Part shown: piece by piece, positions 1 through 12,419 of the stretch
Layout: each line of letters starts with the position of its first letter
How positions within the stretch are numbered: the stretch's first letter is position 1
Assembly (NCBI GenBank): GCA_028023455.1
Contig: JAQFVV010000005.1
Span: forward strand, 1,798,001-1,862,000
Direction of reading: 5' to 3'
Length of the DNA: 64,000 nt
DNA from: Epiperipatus broadwayi
Lineage: Eukaryota; Animalia; Onychophora
Notes under the pieces: model-generated
What the model was told of the DNA's origin: nothing
Seen by the model: only the letters and a program-made list of their open reading frames with translations
The model's database searches: none
Program-made: the position numbers and the translations under genes

Positions 1-955
1 TATATGAATTCCTTTGGCAATTCATATAAATATTGTTAGGAGAGTACAATTAATTGGAAGCTAAAGTAAAAACAATAAAAATGGTGAGCAATATAGGAAT
101 AGAAAACCTCCAATAAATTCTAACAGATTGTCTATGATGATATGTTTGCTAACATCTTGTAATCACTGTCTTAGTATTCTGCATTGTTAACTTTATGCAG
201 AAAAATATATTTCTTTTTAAACATAAAACAATTATATAGAAAAATAAATATGTAATAATATATATATTTTTATTTTTAATAAATTATTACACAATTATTG
301 AACAAAAATATTCATGAATTTTAATAAATTTTGCAAAAAAAAAAAAAAAAAATCAAATTTTTAGTCATTCAAAATATTTTCTTGAAGTAATATCAATTAA
401 AATATTAGAATATTATATATATATATATGAATTTTAACCATTAAACCTCTAATTATATTATTGGTTGTATGAGGTAAAAATCAAATCTTTTAATTGGCCA
501 ACTCACAAACTGAAGACAAAGCCTATTGTTAAAACATATTCGCCTATAATATTAAATTCAACTCAGATACGTTTATAAAAAGTATATTACTAATCTTTCA
601 GGATATGTAAAAGAATGAAAGTTCTTTCAAAAATAAATTTCTATTTATTTATTATAAAATATATTCAATTTCGGCAAATATAAAGCGAATGTCTAAACAA
701 AAAAGTGCTGACGCAAACGCTTTTTTTCAATGTTACTTTATCGAAAAGTAAAGATTTCTTTTTGCTAAATCTTAAATATTTTTACTAAAATCTTCAATAT
801 TTTTCGAAAATAATTTTGTTTTTTTAGTTTATTTTTTAAAAATTATTTTAATTTCTCAAATTATACTGTTTTAAATACTTAAATCACATTCGAAATGAAA
901 ATCTCAGCGTTTTTTTTTATTTTCTTTGATCAGGTGGTTTCTTTGTTCTTTCCAG

Positions 956-1215
956 CCAATCAGAATGTCTTTTTCAGCTGAAAGCTCACTAACAACCAAT
1001 CACTAATGATGTTCTTTCTTTGTTTAGGTTTAAATGCGTTTTTTTTTATTTTTTACTTGTAAAATAATTCGGAAGAGGGCACCATCTTACAGAACTTTTA
1101 AAAACCTAATCAATACCTGTCAAACAAATATTTTAGCATAAGAACTGGCAGAGTTAGAGTGACGTCAGATGTCGACGAGGAGCCTCGTAAGAGACGGTTG
1201 AAGAATTAAAGGTAA
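956..1215 (+). promoter_or_regulatory. Promoter-like patch: two CCAAT boxes and a CRE palindrome
   Basis: CCAAT at 956-960 and 996-1000, TGACGTCA at 1160-1167, local CpG retention, and a possible splice donor AAAG|GTAAAA near 1212. No transcript evidence. Confidence 0.25.
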
Positions 1216-1611
1216 AAAAAAAGTTTCTCAAGATAGCCATACATGCAAGTTGAATTTCTTGATTTCCCATACAAGAGATATTTTTTGACTATAATGAATG
1301 ATTAATATATCATAGCAATCCAGTTTCATCACAGTTAAGTACTTATTTTGAATATTTTTTCTTCAAGTGATTTTTTTAGTTCTAATGAAATATAGAGCAC
1401 CTTCATTATTGGAAAACATAACATATCCAGTTATTTAGATGTTTTAATTCTTTTATCAGTTTAAAAATCTGTACAACCACTCCTTACATTCAATTAATGA
1501 CTTGTAGTTACTCATCTTAGATTTTTATTTAAATTCTTCACATAGTCTTTAAGTTTTCTGAATCAATACAAGCTGGAAACAAAAACATTTTACTGATTCT
1601 TTTATCTAACT

Positions 1612-1776
1612 CAGTGGCTCTCAACCTTCCTAATGCTATGTGTTGTGGTGACCCTGAACCTTTAATTTTGTTACTGTTATGAATAAAAATATGTGTGTTC
1701 CAATGGTCTAGGTGACCCCTGTGAAAGGGTTGTTTGACTCTCAAAGGGGTTGTGACCCATAGGTTGAGAACTGCTG
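1612..1776. mobile_element. hAT (Charlie-type) non-autonomous MITE, SPIN/URR1-like
   Basis: TIRs CAGTGGCTCTCAACCT and AGGTTGAGAACTGCTG; imperfect 8-bp TSD atctaact/atctaata. Internal blocks (ttcctaatgct, tgttgtggtgaccc, gacccctgtgaaagggttgtttgactctcaaaggggttgtgacccataggttgag) match the SPIN MITE/URR1 consensus as I recall it, with CpG>TpG changes and internal deletions. Confidence 0.8.
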
Positions 1777-1974
1777 ATCTAATATGATAACTTTAAGTTT
1801 ATCACTTAAAAAAACACTTGTAAAAATTTTGTAGAGATTTTAGCTGATTAATACTTAATAGCATTTTATTACATGAAATACTGCTCTATTATAGTATATT
1901 AAACTTTTTGGAAAAAAGAAAGTGTAAAAAAAATACATGTACTTTCAGTGTGATTATGGGAATTTTAAATTTTG

Positions 1975-2756
1975 CGAAAGGACTTATAAATGTAACACAA
2001 TCTTCCTTCCAATACAAAAAGACATACTGGGAAATTTATGGCCTGATTTATAAGGATCAAGCTTTACTTCACAGTGAAATTGATCTAAATAACAAACTAT
2101 TAATCAAAAAACTCAAAAGTTGGTACATTGAATCAAAATTTATCGACTTTATCATAAAGCTGAACCTACTAGCATTACCCACTAAGCACTTTCTAGTATG
2201 GAAAATAGGTTTTAATAACATCGATTCTCAATGTCAACTTTGCAAAATGACTGATGAAACTATTCAACATCTCTTTTACACGTGTCCCTACTTTAATATT
2301 ATTAAAGCATTGATATCAACTAAAGTCACAGTTGATATTAGAATGTTATTATCTATTAAGACAGCCATTAGCAGTGGTGATATTTCCATAATCAGATTGA
2401 CCATCTTCCTTTCCTATGCAGTCTGGATTATCAGATGCCAATTTATCTTTGAACAAAACACCCACAGTGCCTCGGATGCCTACATTGGAGTAATAAAAAA
2501 ATTAAAGACAGAGACAAAATGCTCACACCTTTGAATTTATTTCAGGACATGTGGAATAAGGCTTTGTTTTTATAAACAATTTTTCAAAGCATACCTCGAA
2601 ATTACTAGGAAACAACCTGTTTGGGACTAGAACCAGAGTGGCTTCTTGGAAGCAAAAGACAGTTTAGTTCAAAGTCATGTAAATTTAATTTAACAATTGT
2701 AACAATTTTTTCTTGTTTAATAAATTATTATTATTTTTTTTTTTAAAAAAAAAAGA
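1975..2756 (+). mobile_element. 5'-truncated L1/Tx1-like LINE 3' end (ORF2 C-terminal zinc finger, AATAAA, A-tail)
   Basis: ORF contains CQLCKMTDETIQHLFYTCP (CCHC finger of LINE ORF2) and aligns by eye with 44712-45416 (KLKxWxIExKxIDFIxKLNxxxLPTxHFLVWKxGF). AATAAA near 2720 is followed by a T-run and an A-run. Confidence 0.8.
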
Positions 2757-3089
2757 ATATGTAAATCTAAAATTGCAACATTTAAATAGATTAAGTGTAA
2801 TGGTGCTCTGACATTAAAAAATGGCTGTTACCTATTATAAGTAATACAGACTTGTAAAATTTATTAAATTTCCAAATTTTAATGTTTTTATTTTTATTTA
2901 CATTTTTTTTTTTTTTTTGGCTAATGCATATCTAAAGTTGTGATTGTTGATACAAGGCATATTACAAATTTCTGATATAATTTTATTATTATTTAGCTTT
3001 ACAATGCATAGAGATGAAAGATGGATAAAACAGCTTTTAACCCTCTACTGAACAAAAGTCTTTCCAAGATAATGCTTACTGAGTGAATC

Positions 3090-3330
3090 AGCTATATGGT
3101 AGTAAGTTTAAACAGAATGGTAAGGATTTGAGCAATTATTCTTCCTTGCTTTATCTTCTAGCAAAGAATATCTAGATGACTACATGTGACCAATATTTAA
3201 TGTATAGCTATGCCAACTTCGAATTGGTTACCTAGAGATATATCGAAATCTGTTGGAAATTTTTTTACTCAGTCCAAATTCAAACCCAGGCATAATGAGA
3301 GGTGCACTAAGAATGTGTGCTATATTTGAA
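3090..3330 (+). pseudogene. Possible hAT transposase C-terminal dimerisation-domain remnant
   Basis: Pieces from different frames read LYLLAKNI and AMPTSNWLPRDISKSVGNFFTQ, resembling LAxxYLxxPATSxxSERxFSxAGxxxT; stops and frameshifts present. Confidence 0.35.
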
Positions 3331-4143
3331 TTACACAAAAAAACATATTTTATAATATATATATATTAGAATTACTAATGATATTATTTTTTTATAAATA
3401 ACATTTACAACATTTAAATATACTAATAATTTAAGAATCAGTAATTCGTGATTAATTTAAATACTTGTTTTTCATTTTCTTATAAAATTAATCGTTTTTA
3501 ATATGAATATATTTTAAAGATGATTTACCTGTTTGATTGACAAATGTTATTTTATGATATTTAAAATCAATATATTAAAGAAAAATTCTTGTAAATATTT
3601 GGGAAATAATCGTAAACGTTATAAAATATTAATGGCCATAACTTATTCATAAATTAGGCATGTACAATAAAGCTGAACTAAGAATAAAGTCTGACCCGAG
3701 AATACTAAATATAGAAAAAATATTGATTATTAATTAATAATTTATATAAACAAATCGAAAATGCTATCGGGAAAAAATAAAATAGAAGTTAACTTTTTTT
3801 TCCTTTTTTATTATTTAACATGTGCTTGTTGTTAACACGTTGAATATTGACTGAGTGAATACTATCAAGCGTATGTTTATTTAATAGAACAATCCCTGAT
3901 CCTATCTTTACAAGAGATAGTCTTTGTATTTAAGTTCAGTCTAACTTTTAATGATGGAAATTTAGGATCTTGCTGCTGGTACATGAGACAGACCGATAGT
4001 GAAAAGCAATAATAATTTTGATTGTTTAAAATAGAATATTTTGCATGAAGTGAAAAATTTCATTTGATATTTTAAATTTCTGCAGCAGAAATATTGACTC
4101 TAACTTAATTATATTTATATGATGTTATATCATTCCGTAAATG

Positions 4144-4735
<592 letters not shown>

Positions 4736-7700
4736 CATCTATTATTTATCTATAAAAAATTATCAAAAAGTAGTACAAGCACTTTCTATTATTTTTGATA
4801 ATAGAATATTAACATATTTATATATTTTTGTACTTTAAATTACATACATAAACATATGACGATCTATAATAACTTTCAATAAGGTTTTACAGTGTATCCA
4901 ATACCAAGTATTAACAATTCAAAATCCATATTGTTCCCAAAGGGTAAATATAATAATTTTGATGAATAGACACTTGCACAATCTTAAAAATATTAAAATG
5001 TACACAATACCTATTGTATTTATCTATAATTCAAATTAAAATAAAAACTAGACAGTGGAGTATTATTCCTACCAGATTAAAGCTAATCTTTTTTACTATG
5101 GTTTAACGGAACCCATCTTTTTATTTACTAATGAAGCAATCTACATTTGCAGTATTATCTTCTACCCAATAAATAAAATCAATACCAACAAATTAAATAG
5201 GTATTGCAACAATTTGTTTAAAATTTAATTTAATGATTAAAAAAAACAACGAATTTTAATTAATTTTGAACTTAAAAAAAGCTAAAAATAAAAACAAAAA
5301 AGATAAAGACCATCGTAGAAAATGAAATGTCAATCACGTCTTATTGAGTAGGAATTATTTAAGCTTTATCATTCTACTTCATGATTCTTGAATATTAGTT
5401 GACATCACTAGCAACTATATGCATTTAAATAAAAATTTCAAGTAGCTATGAAAACTTTTTAGATAAATCTCAATTGAAGAATATTTTTTTAAAAGTAGAG
5501 TCTAATGTAAATAGCATCAAATAATACTTAATATCATAAGTGAAATAACTCTTAATTTCTAAATGCTATAAATAACTTTTTTATAAGCTGAGTGGCACAG
5601 CTCTCTTAGCAATACCATGCTACTGTGTGAAAAAAAAAATTCCAACTAAACTTCTGGATACTCAGTTAAATATTACCATGAGAAATAACACTGACACATT
5701 TAGATTTACTGCTTTGTAGTTATTTCATGTTCTTTCAAATAGTCCTCCATCAGATATAAGAAGGAAAAATTATGCTATAAAACATGTATAAAAAACTGTT
5801 AAGCAAGTTGGACTTACCAATAGCTCTAGAAATAGTTTCATCACCTAAGATTCAATTCCAATCAAGATCTCCTTTGTTGAGTTCATCCTAGAATCTACAA
5901 GTAAAGAGGTTCCAAATACATTTTTTTTATATTTCAGATTCAACAATAAAACAGCTGGATTTGATTTTCTAGATACAATTAGAGTTTCATCAATAAATTT
6001 AAAACAATCCATAGTTGGTGTATACATCTGATTCACAAATGGAATTTATGAGCCACTGATCTTTGTAAATGAGAACAAATATAATCTATGAACAGTTTAG
6101 TTAATGACTGTCAAGTTAATAACTATTGCAGCAGAATTGAAGGCCAAGCAGTGGTGGCTGGTCCATAGGTGCAGTCATGCTGCAGCATCCTTAGAGAAAA
6201 TATGAAAATTATTAAATTTGTGCTTGAAATATCAATAATATAACAATCATTAAATATTCTACATAATTGTTATGTAAATACAACTAATTAAACTGTTTTT
6301 AAAAATAATTGTTTTTAAAAATTCCCTCTCCCTATGCTTGAGATTCTACTATTATAGTAGTGTGAGAATGTCATATTTGGCAAATTTCAGCAAGTTCCAG
6401 GAAATTTTGTTCTTATTTTTATCAATGCATGAAACTAGCACTATTAGAACCTCTCGCTGTGGCAGCTCAGTAGTTATATGAGTATGATATGTTCATCTAT
6501 TCTGGTTTCACTTAGATAAATACATTTTTATTTTTATTTAAGATGGGCAATAAAATATTGTTCTTAATTAATATTTATATAATTAATATTTATAAATTAA
6601 TATATGAATATTTATTACAGAAAAATATAATAAAATAATAAAAAATAATATTTTAAATATTTATTATGATGAGTGTTAGTGGAGAATACATAAAAAAATT
6701 ATATTCCCCCAATTGACATCATATGAAAAAATTGAAATAAAAAGTAAAGATTGATCTACTCCAGATATTATCATTTGTTATACAGCAATTAGTAAAAAAA
6801 AAAAAACTAAATCTTTGGTAGGAAAAGTAAAATGGTTGAGTGATTGCAAAATGAGAAATATTTTGTTTTGTTATCCTTGCTTACTTTTTGGAGGCGATAC
6901 ACATCTGCTTAAAATGGCATGGCCTGACACTGAGGACTTGATAAAGTCACCAATGAATCTACTTTTGGTTTAAATATACTACAGATTCCTTTATGATATC
7001 TTGCTAATAGTTAAAATGTCTAAATCCGTATTTAAATAAATTAAGTGCGGATCAATTTAACTCGATATTTTCCACTGTCAGAGATATAATAAGCTTTAGA
7101 ATAAAAACGAATATTTTCGTTTGTTGCATTTATGGTATTGACTCTAGAGATTACATTTACCTTTACATAGAGGTTAAAGTTTGTTTTTCAGAAGATATCA
7201 AATTATATTCTTCAAGTTATAAGTGAACTTGACATAATGTTTTGTTAAATGTGCCAATATTAATTTGATGCAACGCAGTCACACAATTAATAAAAAGTAA
7301 AAATAGCATTAAATAATGCTTTCCAGCATTTCAATGAAGATTTTGTTCTCCGAACTAATTTGAAAGATTTTATATTTTTAATCTCCTCTAGCTAAAAATA
7401 AATATTAATTAAATAATGTTTGGATTGATCATTACATCCTAGCTAATAACAATCGTAAAATTACATGAGAAATTTCAACTATTTCTAAGTTCCACCTATA
7501 TTCGAATTCTAGATCGCAGCGCGAAGAGGAGCTATGGACAAGTACAATCCTGAAACATTATATATCTACGTATATGTATATGTCTGTAGTTTTTAAACTT
7601 TTTGTTTGAAACTATGTCTTTAATATTGGAAACATCTTATTGCTTAAAGCAAAAAAAAAAGAAAAATGAATTCTTTCAAGAGCCAAATATTATTGGAAAA

Positions 7701-8440
7701 CTCCTCGAAGAACTCGATTAAAAATAATATATATATATTCTCTTATGTCGAAAAATCTGCACTTCAAAACTTATTAGTGAAATATAAAAATCATAATAAA
7801 ATCACGATGTATGAGACTAACTAAATTAAAGGATTTAGAAATTCGAAATAAATCAGATAGACACGTCTTTATACTAGCCGTTTAATTAAATTATCTTTAT
7901 AAAAAAAGTCTCTCCTCTTTAAGTTGAATAAGAAAAAATGAAGGGAAAATATCTATTACCAAAAAAAAAAAAGACATTATATTTGAACTAATTTTCCAAA
8001 ATATTGAACTTATTTCTAATGCTAAAAGGTTACGTCTATCAAATCAAAATTTTATATATATAGAATTTCTTCTGGTTTAAATTAATTTGTTACATTTTTA
8101 ACAAATCTAACTAGCTCTCTTGTCAAGTTGAATCGATTAGACATTCAATGAAAAGTTAATAATAATATTAAGAGCAATAAATAATGTTTTTTTACCCCTA
8201 TGCATCAAAGTCACGTGATATCGTAATAATAATACTTAGTCATCGCTAGTAATTCAAGTATCTGTATTCAAATCTGAAAAAAAACAACAAAACAATCAAA
8301 TACCTGCACATTTTGCAATAAAAGTAATAAGTCGGAAATGAACAAATTTCAAGCAATAGAAGTAAGTATCGATTCACATTTTAAAATAATAGAGAAAATC
8401 TGTTAAAGAATCAATTATTTTTTATTGATACAAATAAAAA

Positions 8441-10760
8441 ATGGCGACCTCCGAGTCAGGTGACCAAGTGGCTGGTGTCAAAGCAATTCCTATAAAAATG
8501 ACGATTTTAAAGTCAACCAAAACATGACAATGCTGCCAAGTCTTCTGTCAAGACAACTAGCACAAAATATAACTTAAGTTTATCGTTAATACCGCGACAA
8601 CTAGATTTAAAAAAAGTAATCAAAAAGACAATCAATAATCTTACCTGCAAAGCAACTAAAGCCGTGACCCCCGCCGCCGCACTGGAGTATAGAAGCTTTA
8701 CAGACAAGTACCAGCTTTAATAACACCATACCAAGAATACTATTTAATTCTTTCAAAAGATTTCAATCTGTTGTATTATTTAGATGATAATCTCATGCTG
8801 ACTTTGGGACACATTGCTACGAATAGCAGACAATCCTAATCTAATGTATCTGGCAGTCAAATTTTTTGATGAATGTCAAAAAAACCGATTTCAAACTCAT
8901 CACAACATTTAAAAACTATGCATTGGTGGTGGTAGAAAAGAGTTCACAGAGCTACACTACAGATACATTAAAAAACATGTACTTCAGCTATTCTGTTCAA
9001 GATTTTCAGTATATGATGGAGCAATTTGGGAAAGTTTTAACTTTTAATCCAATATACCTAAAAGATACACCTACACTCATTTATAGCAACAGTTTTGAAT
9101 TCAAACTAAAGCTAAACATCAATATAAAACCAGAAAACACACCTATACAGATTATAAACTTAGGAGGCCACTTTGTCTTTATATCAGAGGGCTAAATCAC
9201 AATGCCATTTCTGCAGTCAGCGTGACCACCTAGCAATACACCATATTGCAAATCCAATTATACAAGATTGGCTAAACAATAATCAACATATACAACACTC
9301 ACAAAAGAAACTATATGCTCACTTCTCAGTGGATACAATCTAAATAAACATCACAAAGTCACTCACCAATAACCCAAAAACCATCAAAACACAATTACAA
9401 ATACAAACATAGAAATACTGAACCTATCATTTAAAAAAAATGATGATGAAACAAACATTATAAGCCTGGTCCAGATGATTCCAGAGTATATACAAGAACC
9501 ATCTGATTCCCTCCCTCATGGACAATGGAAACAATAATGAATGAAAAACAAATCATGACGATATCAACAACACTGACTATGACACCAAACCAGCATACAC
9601 ACCTATGGTAATCAACAAAACACCAGTGCACATAACAGAGACAATCACTCCATGACTCCCCCCCCCTTATAGAAGCAACAGTGCCTGAAGCCAGAAGGCA
9701 TTCAGGCTGTCCACAAAAGAAAAATCCTCAATTAAAGAGGACTAAAAATAAGAAACCAATTATAGAGATGATTTCAGCCAGATGAATCTTATTCTTGATC
9801 GGACTATCGAGGATCACGAAACATCCCAAACACCATGGAAACACAGAAAAACACCTCTCCCCACCTTATACAAACTTGATGAAAGTTAAAATAACTGTAG
9901 TTAAAGTGAGGGTTTAAACTCCATCAATAAAATTAACTGAAACAATGGTTCAAAATTACATAGCTTCATATACTTGGTTTACTTGAGCCTAAAGTCTGCT
10001 CTGGCTTTCAGACTGACCCATCAACACACCTCCACTGAGAAGGTTTCTGTGTCATCTCCAGGGACACATCATCATCCTCTGGATGCACCAGATTGCTCAT
10101 TGTGCCAAATTGCCTATTCTCATTATTTAAGATAATATTCATAGATTCATACCTAATAGTGACCTTCGATCATCAAATTGCATCAATTAATATAATTTTC
10201 TTATAGTCATATTTCAAATATAATACTTACAATAAATTTACTACTTGCAGCTACTCAATATTCACCTATCATAATTGGGGACTGAAGCATGAACAAAGAC
10301 TTTATCATACAATGGCTACACCAAATATCTTTTCTTATGAGTGTTGAGGGCTTTCTGCTATACAATGCAGTCACATTCCACAATGGCTGAAATGCTTTAT
10401 TGAGAGACCTGTTTTTATTCACCGATGCTGCATCATCTGCCCAAAACATTCTTGGGTCACTCAGTGCAAATGATAATTATCAAGCTCATGGAGATTCAAA
10501 CATCTATACTTCCACTAGATAAAACAATAGGAATACTGCTCCCAGAAAACACTCCAGAATTTATATTCTTAAAGCCATATTATACTCACTAAAATCAAGA
10601 CCATGCAGCTCAACCCTATACAAAAATACTTAGCTTTCATTAAAATACTCTTATTTAATATAGATCATATCATGAGAAAAACACCTCCTCCCTTTAAATT
10701 ACTAGCACTGGATGAGCTGCATTGGTGAATTACCATGATAAAACCATCACATCATACACA
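8441..10760 (+). mobile_element. Decayed L1/Tx1-like LINE, 5' part (ORF1 with zinc knuckle, APE endonuclease)
   Basis: ATG at 8441 in a CpG-richer segment. The ORF1-like 8866-9195 frame is followed by CHFCSQRDHLAIHH at 9203 (CCHC knuckle, last Cys lost). PIIIGD*S near 10265 matches the APE IIGDFN motif. Confidence 0.65.
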
Positions 10761-10922
10761 ACAATATATATAATTAATAAACAAGACACAAATTATGTAA
10801 CTTGCTTTTAAGCTTGTATTAAAATGTTCACTAGAAGGAGCTTTACCACTAACTCCAATCATGCTTTAATTTATAAGTGCCAAAAGAGAAAGAATTCAAA
10901 ATCTTTATAGGAATGTCCTTAT

Positions 10923-10966
10923 CCCCAGACCAATTGGTTTCGAGCTTATGGCTCACCTCAATGGAG
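10923..10966 (-). ncRNA. Type I hammerhead-like motif with variant core (UUGAGGU)
   Basis: Minus strand reads cucca-UUGAGGU-gagc cauaa gcuc-GAAA-ccaauugg-UC-ugggg. Stems I, II (G10.1-C11.1) and III all pair and the site is GUC, but the core has C3U and A9U. Confidence 0.55.
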
Positions 10967-11384
10967 AGCTAGCTTCAGACACTAGACCTAAAATACCAAC
11001 TTAAAAGTCAGCACTTAGATAATACATTAGTATCAATTTGCTGAGGCTATTAATATATGATGAAACTAAACTGAGTTCAAAATGCATATATCTATCTGGT
11101 TTGTAAGGCTGGATTTGAAGACTGTCTGAAAAAATTCATGTTTTCAAATTGATAGTAACGTATTAAATAAGTGAGGACTTTTGAGTTGGTATTTTAGATC
11201 TAATATCTGGAGCTAGCTCTCCATTGAGGTGAGCCATCCAGCCTTACAAACCAGATAGCTATATGGGTCGGAACTCAGTTCAGTTTCACCACATATTAAT
11301 AGCCTCAGCAAATTGATAGTAACATATTAGCTAAGTGCTGACTTTTGAGTTGGTATTTTAGATTTAATATCTGGAGTCCTGGCT

Positions 11385-11428
11385 CTCCATTGAGGTGAGT
11401 CATAAGCTTGAAAACAATTGGCCTGAGG
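11385..11428 (+). ncRNA. Decayed second copy of the variant hammerhead-like motif
   Basis: ctcca-TTGAGGT-gagt cataa gctt-GAAA-acaattgg-cc-tgagg: same core variant, decayed stems. Confidence 0.4.
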
Positions 11429-11820
11429 ACATTCTGATAGAGATTTTAAATTCTTTTACTTTTGGCACTTATAAATTAAAGCTTGATTGGAGTTAGTGGT
11501 AAGCTCCCTCTAGTAAAAATTTTAATACAAACTTAAAAACAAGTTACACAATTCGTTTTATTTTATTAATTATTATAAATGTACCCTAGAAGGCTTTTGT
11601 GATGTTATATTGCTGAGGCTATTAATATATGGTGAAACTGAACTTAGTTCAGACCCATATAGCTATCTGGTTTGTAAAGACAGATTTGAAGACATTTATG
11701 TGTCTGAAACCAATTGGTCTGACAATAAGGACATTCTGATAAAGATTTTGTTCTTTCTTTTTCGGCACTTATAAATTAAAGCTTGATTAGAGCTAGTAGT
11801 AAGCTCTCTCTAGTAAACAT

Positions 11821-12381
11821 AAAAATCAGTCGATACTTAGACAATCCCAATATAGATAACAATCAATAATTTCAAACTGTTGTCAAGGCAACCTCCTTTT
11901 AGCAATAGAGGTGGAATCCCACCTCAATAAATGGTTTCATATTGATAAAATGAGGTTGCCTTACAGTTTGAAATTCTTGATTGTTATCTATTTTGTGATT
12001 GTCTAAGTGTTGACTGGTTTTTAATGGTTACTTATAAACCCATTTAGCCTTGAGCATTATTACAGTTATTATTTAAGTAATACTCTGGGTGCAATTTGAA
12101 AATTATAATTGGAAATTTGTAATGTTATAATTGTCTACTTATCAGTTTGCATTCAGAACAGGTTATATTTACCTGTTTAAGGAGGTTTATTTAAACTTCT
12201 TCCAATCAATAATTTCAATCTTTGTAGTCAAGTTGCAACCTTTAGTGTCTTTATAAATATATGAGACCATTAATGGAGATGAAATTCCATCTCTATTACT
12301 AAAAGGAAGTTGCCTTGACAACAATTTGAAATTCTTGATTGTTATCTGTATTGGGATTGTCCAAGTGTTGACTGGTTTCTA
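11821..12381. mobile_element. MITE-like element with ~110-bp terminal inverted repeats
   Basis: aaaatcagtcgatacttagacaatcccaatatagataacaatc is the reverse complement of gattgttatctgtattgggattgtccaagtgttgactggtttct. An extra internal arm lies at 11960-12025 and a diverged arm at about 32255-32325. Confidence 0.75.
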
Positions 12382-12419
12382 ATGATTATTTATATACATA
12401 TATAAATGTACACAAATAT

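Larger units (their letters stand above)
10765..11820. repeat. Fold-back element (~350-bp inverted arms plus partial extra copies) inserted in the LINE
   Basis: About 10765-11115 is the reverse complement of about 11235-11580 (e.g. ctagaaggagctttaccactaactccaatc vs gattggagttagtggtaagctccctctag). Further partial copies at 11145-11235 and 11610-11820. Confidence 0.9.

Noticed and set aside
505-540. ctgaagacaaagcctattgttaaaacatatt as a hammerhead
   Set aside because: No GAAA, stem II out of register, no stem I.
5815-6195. Minus-strand exon with good acceptor and GTAAGT donor
   Set aside because: Stops in all frames and no recognisable protein.
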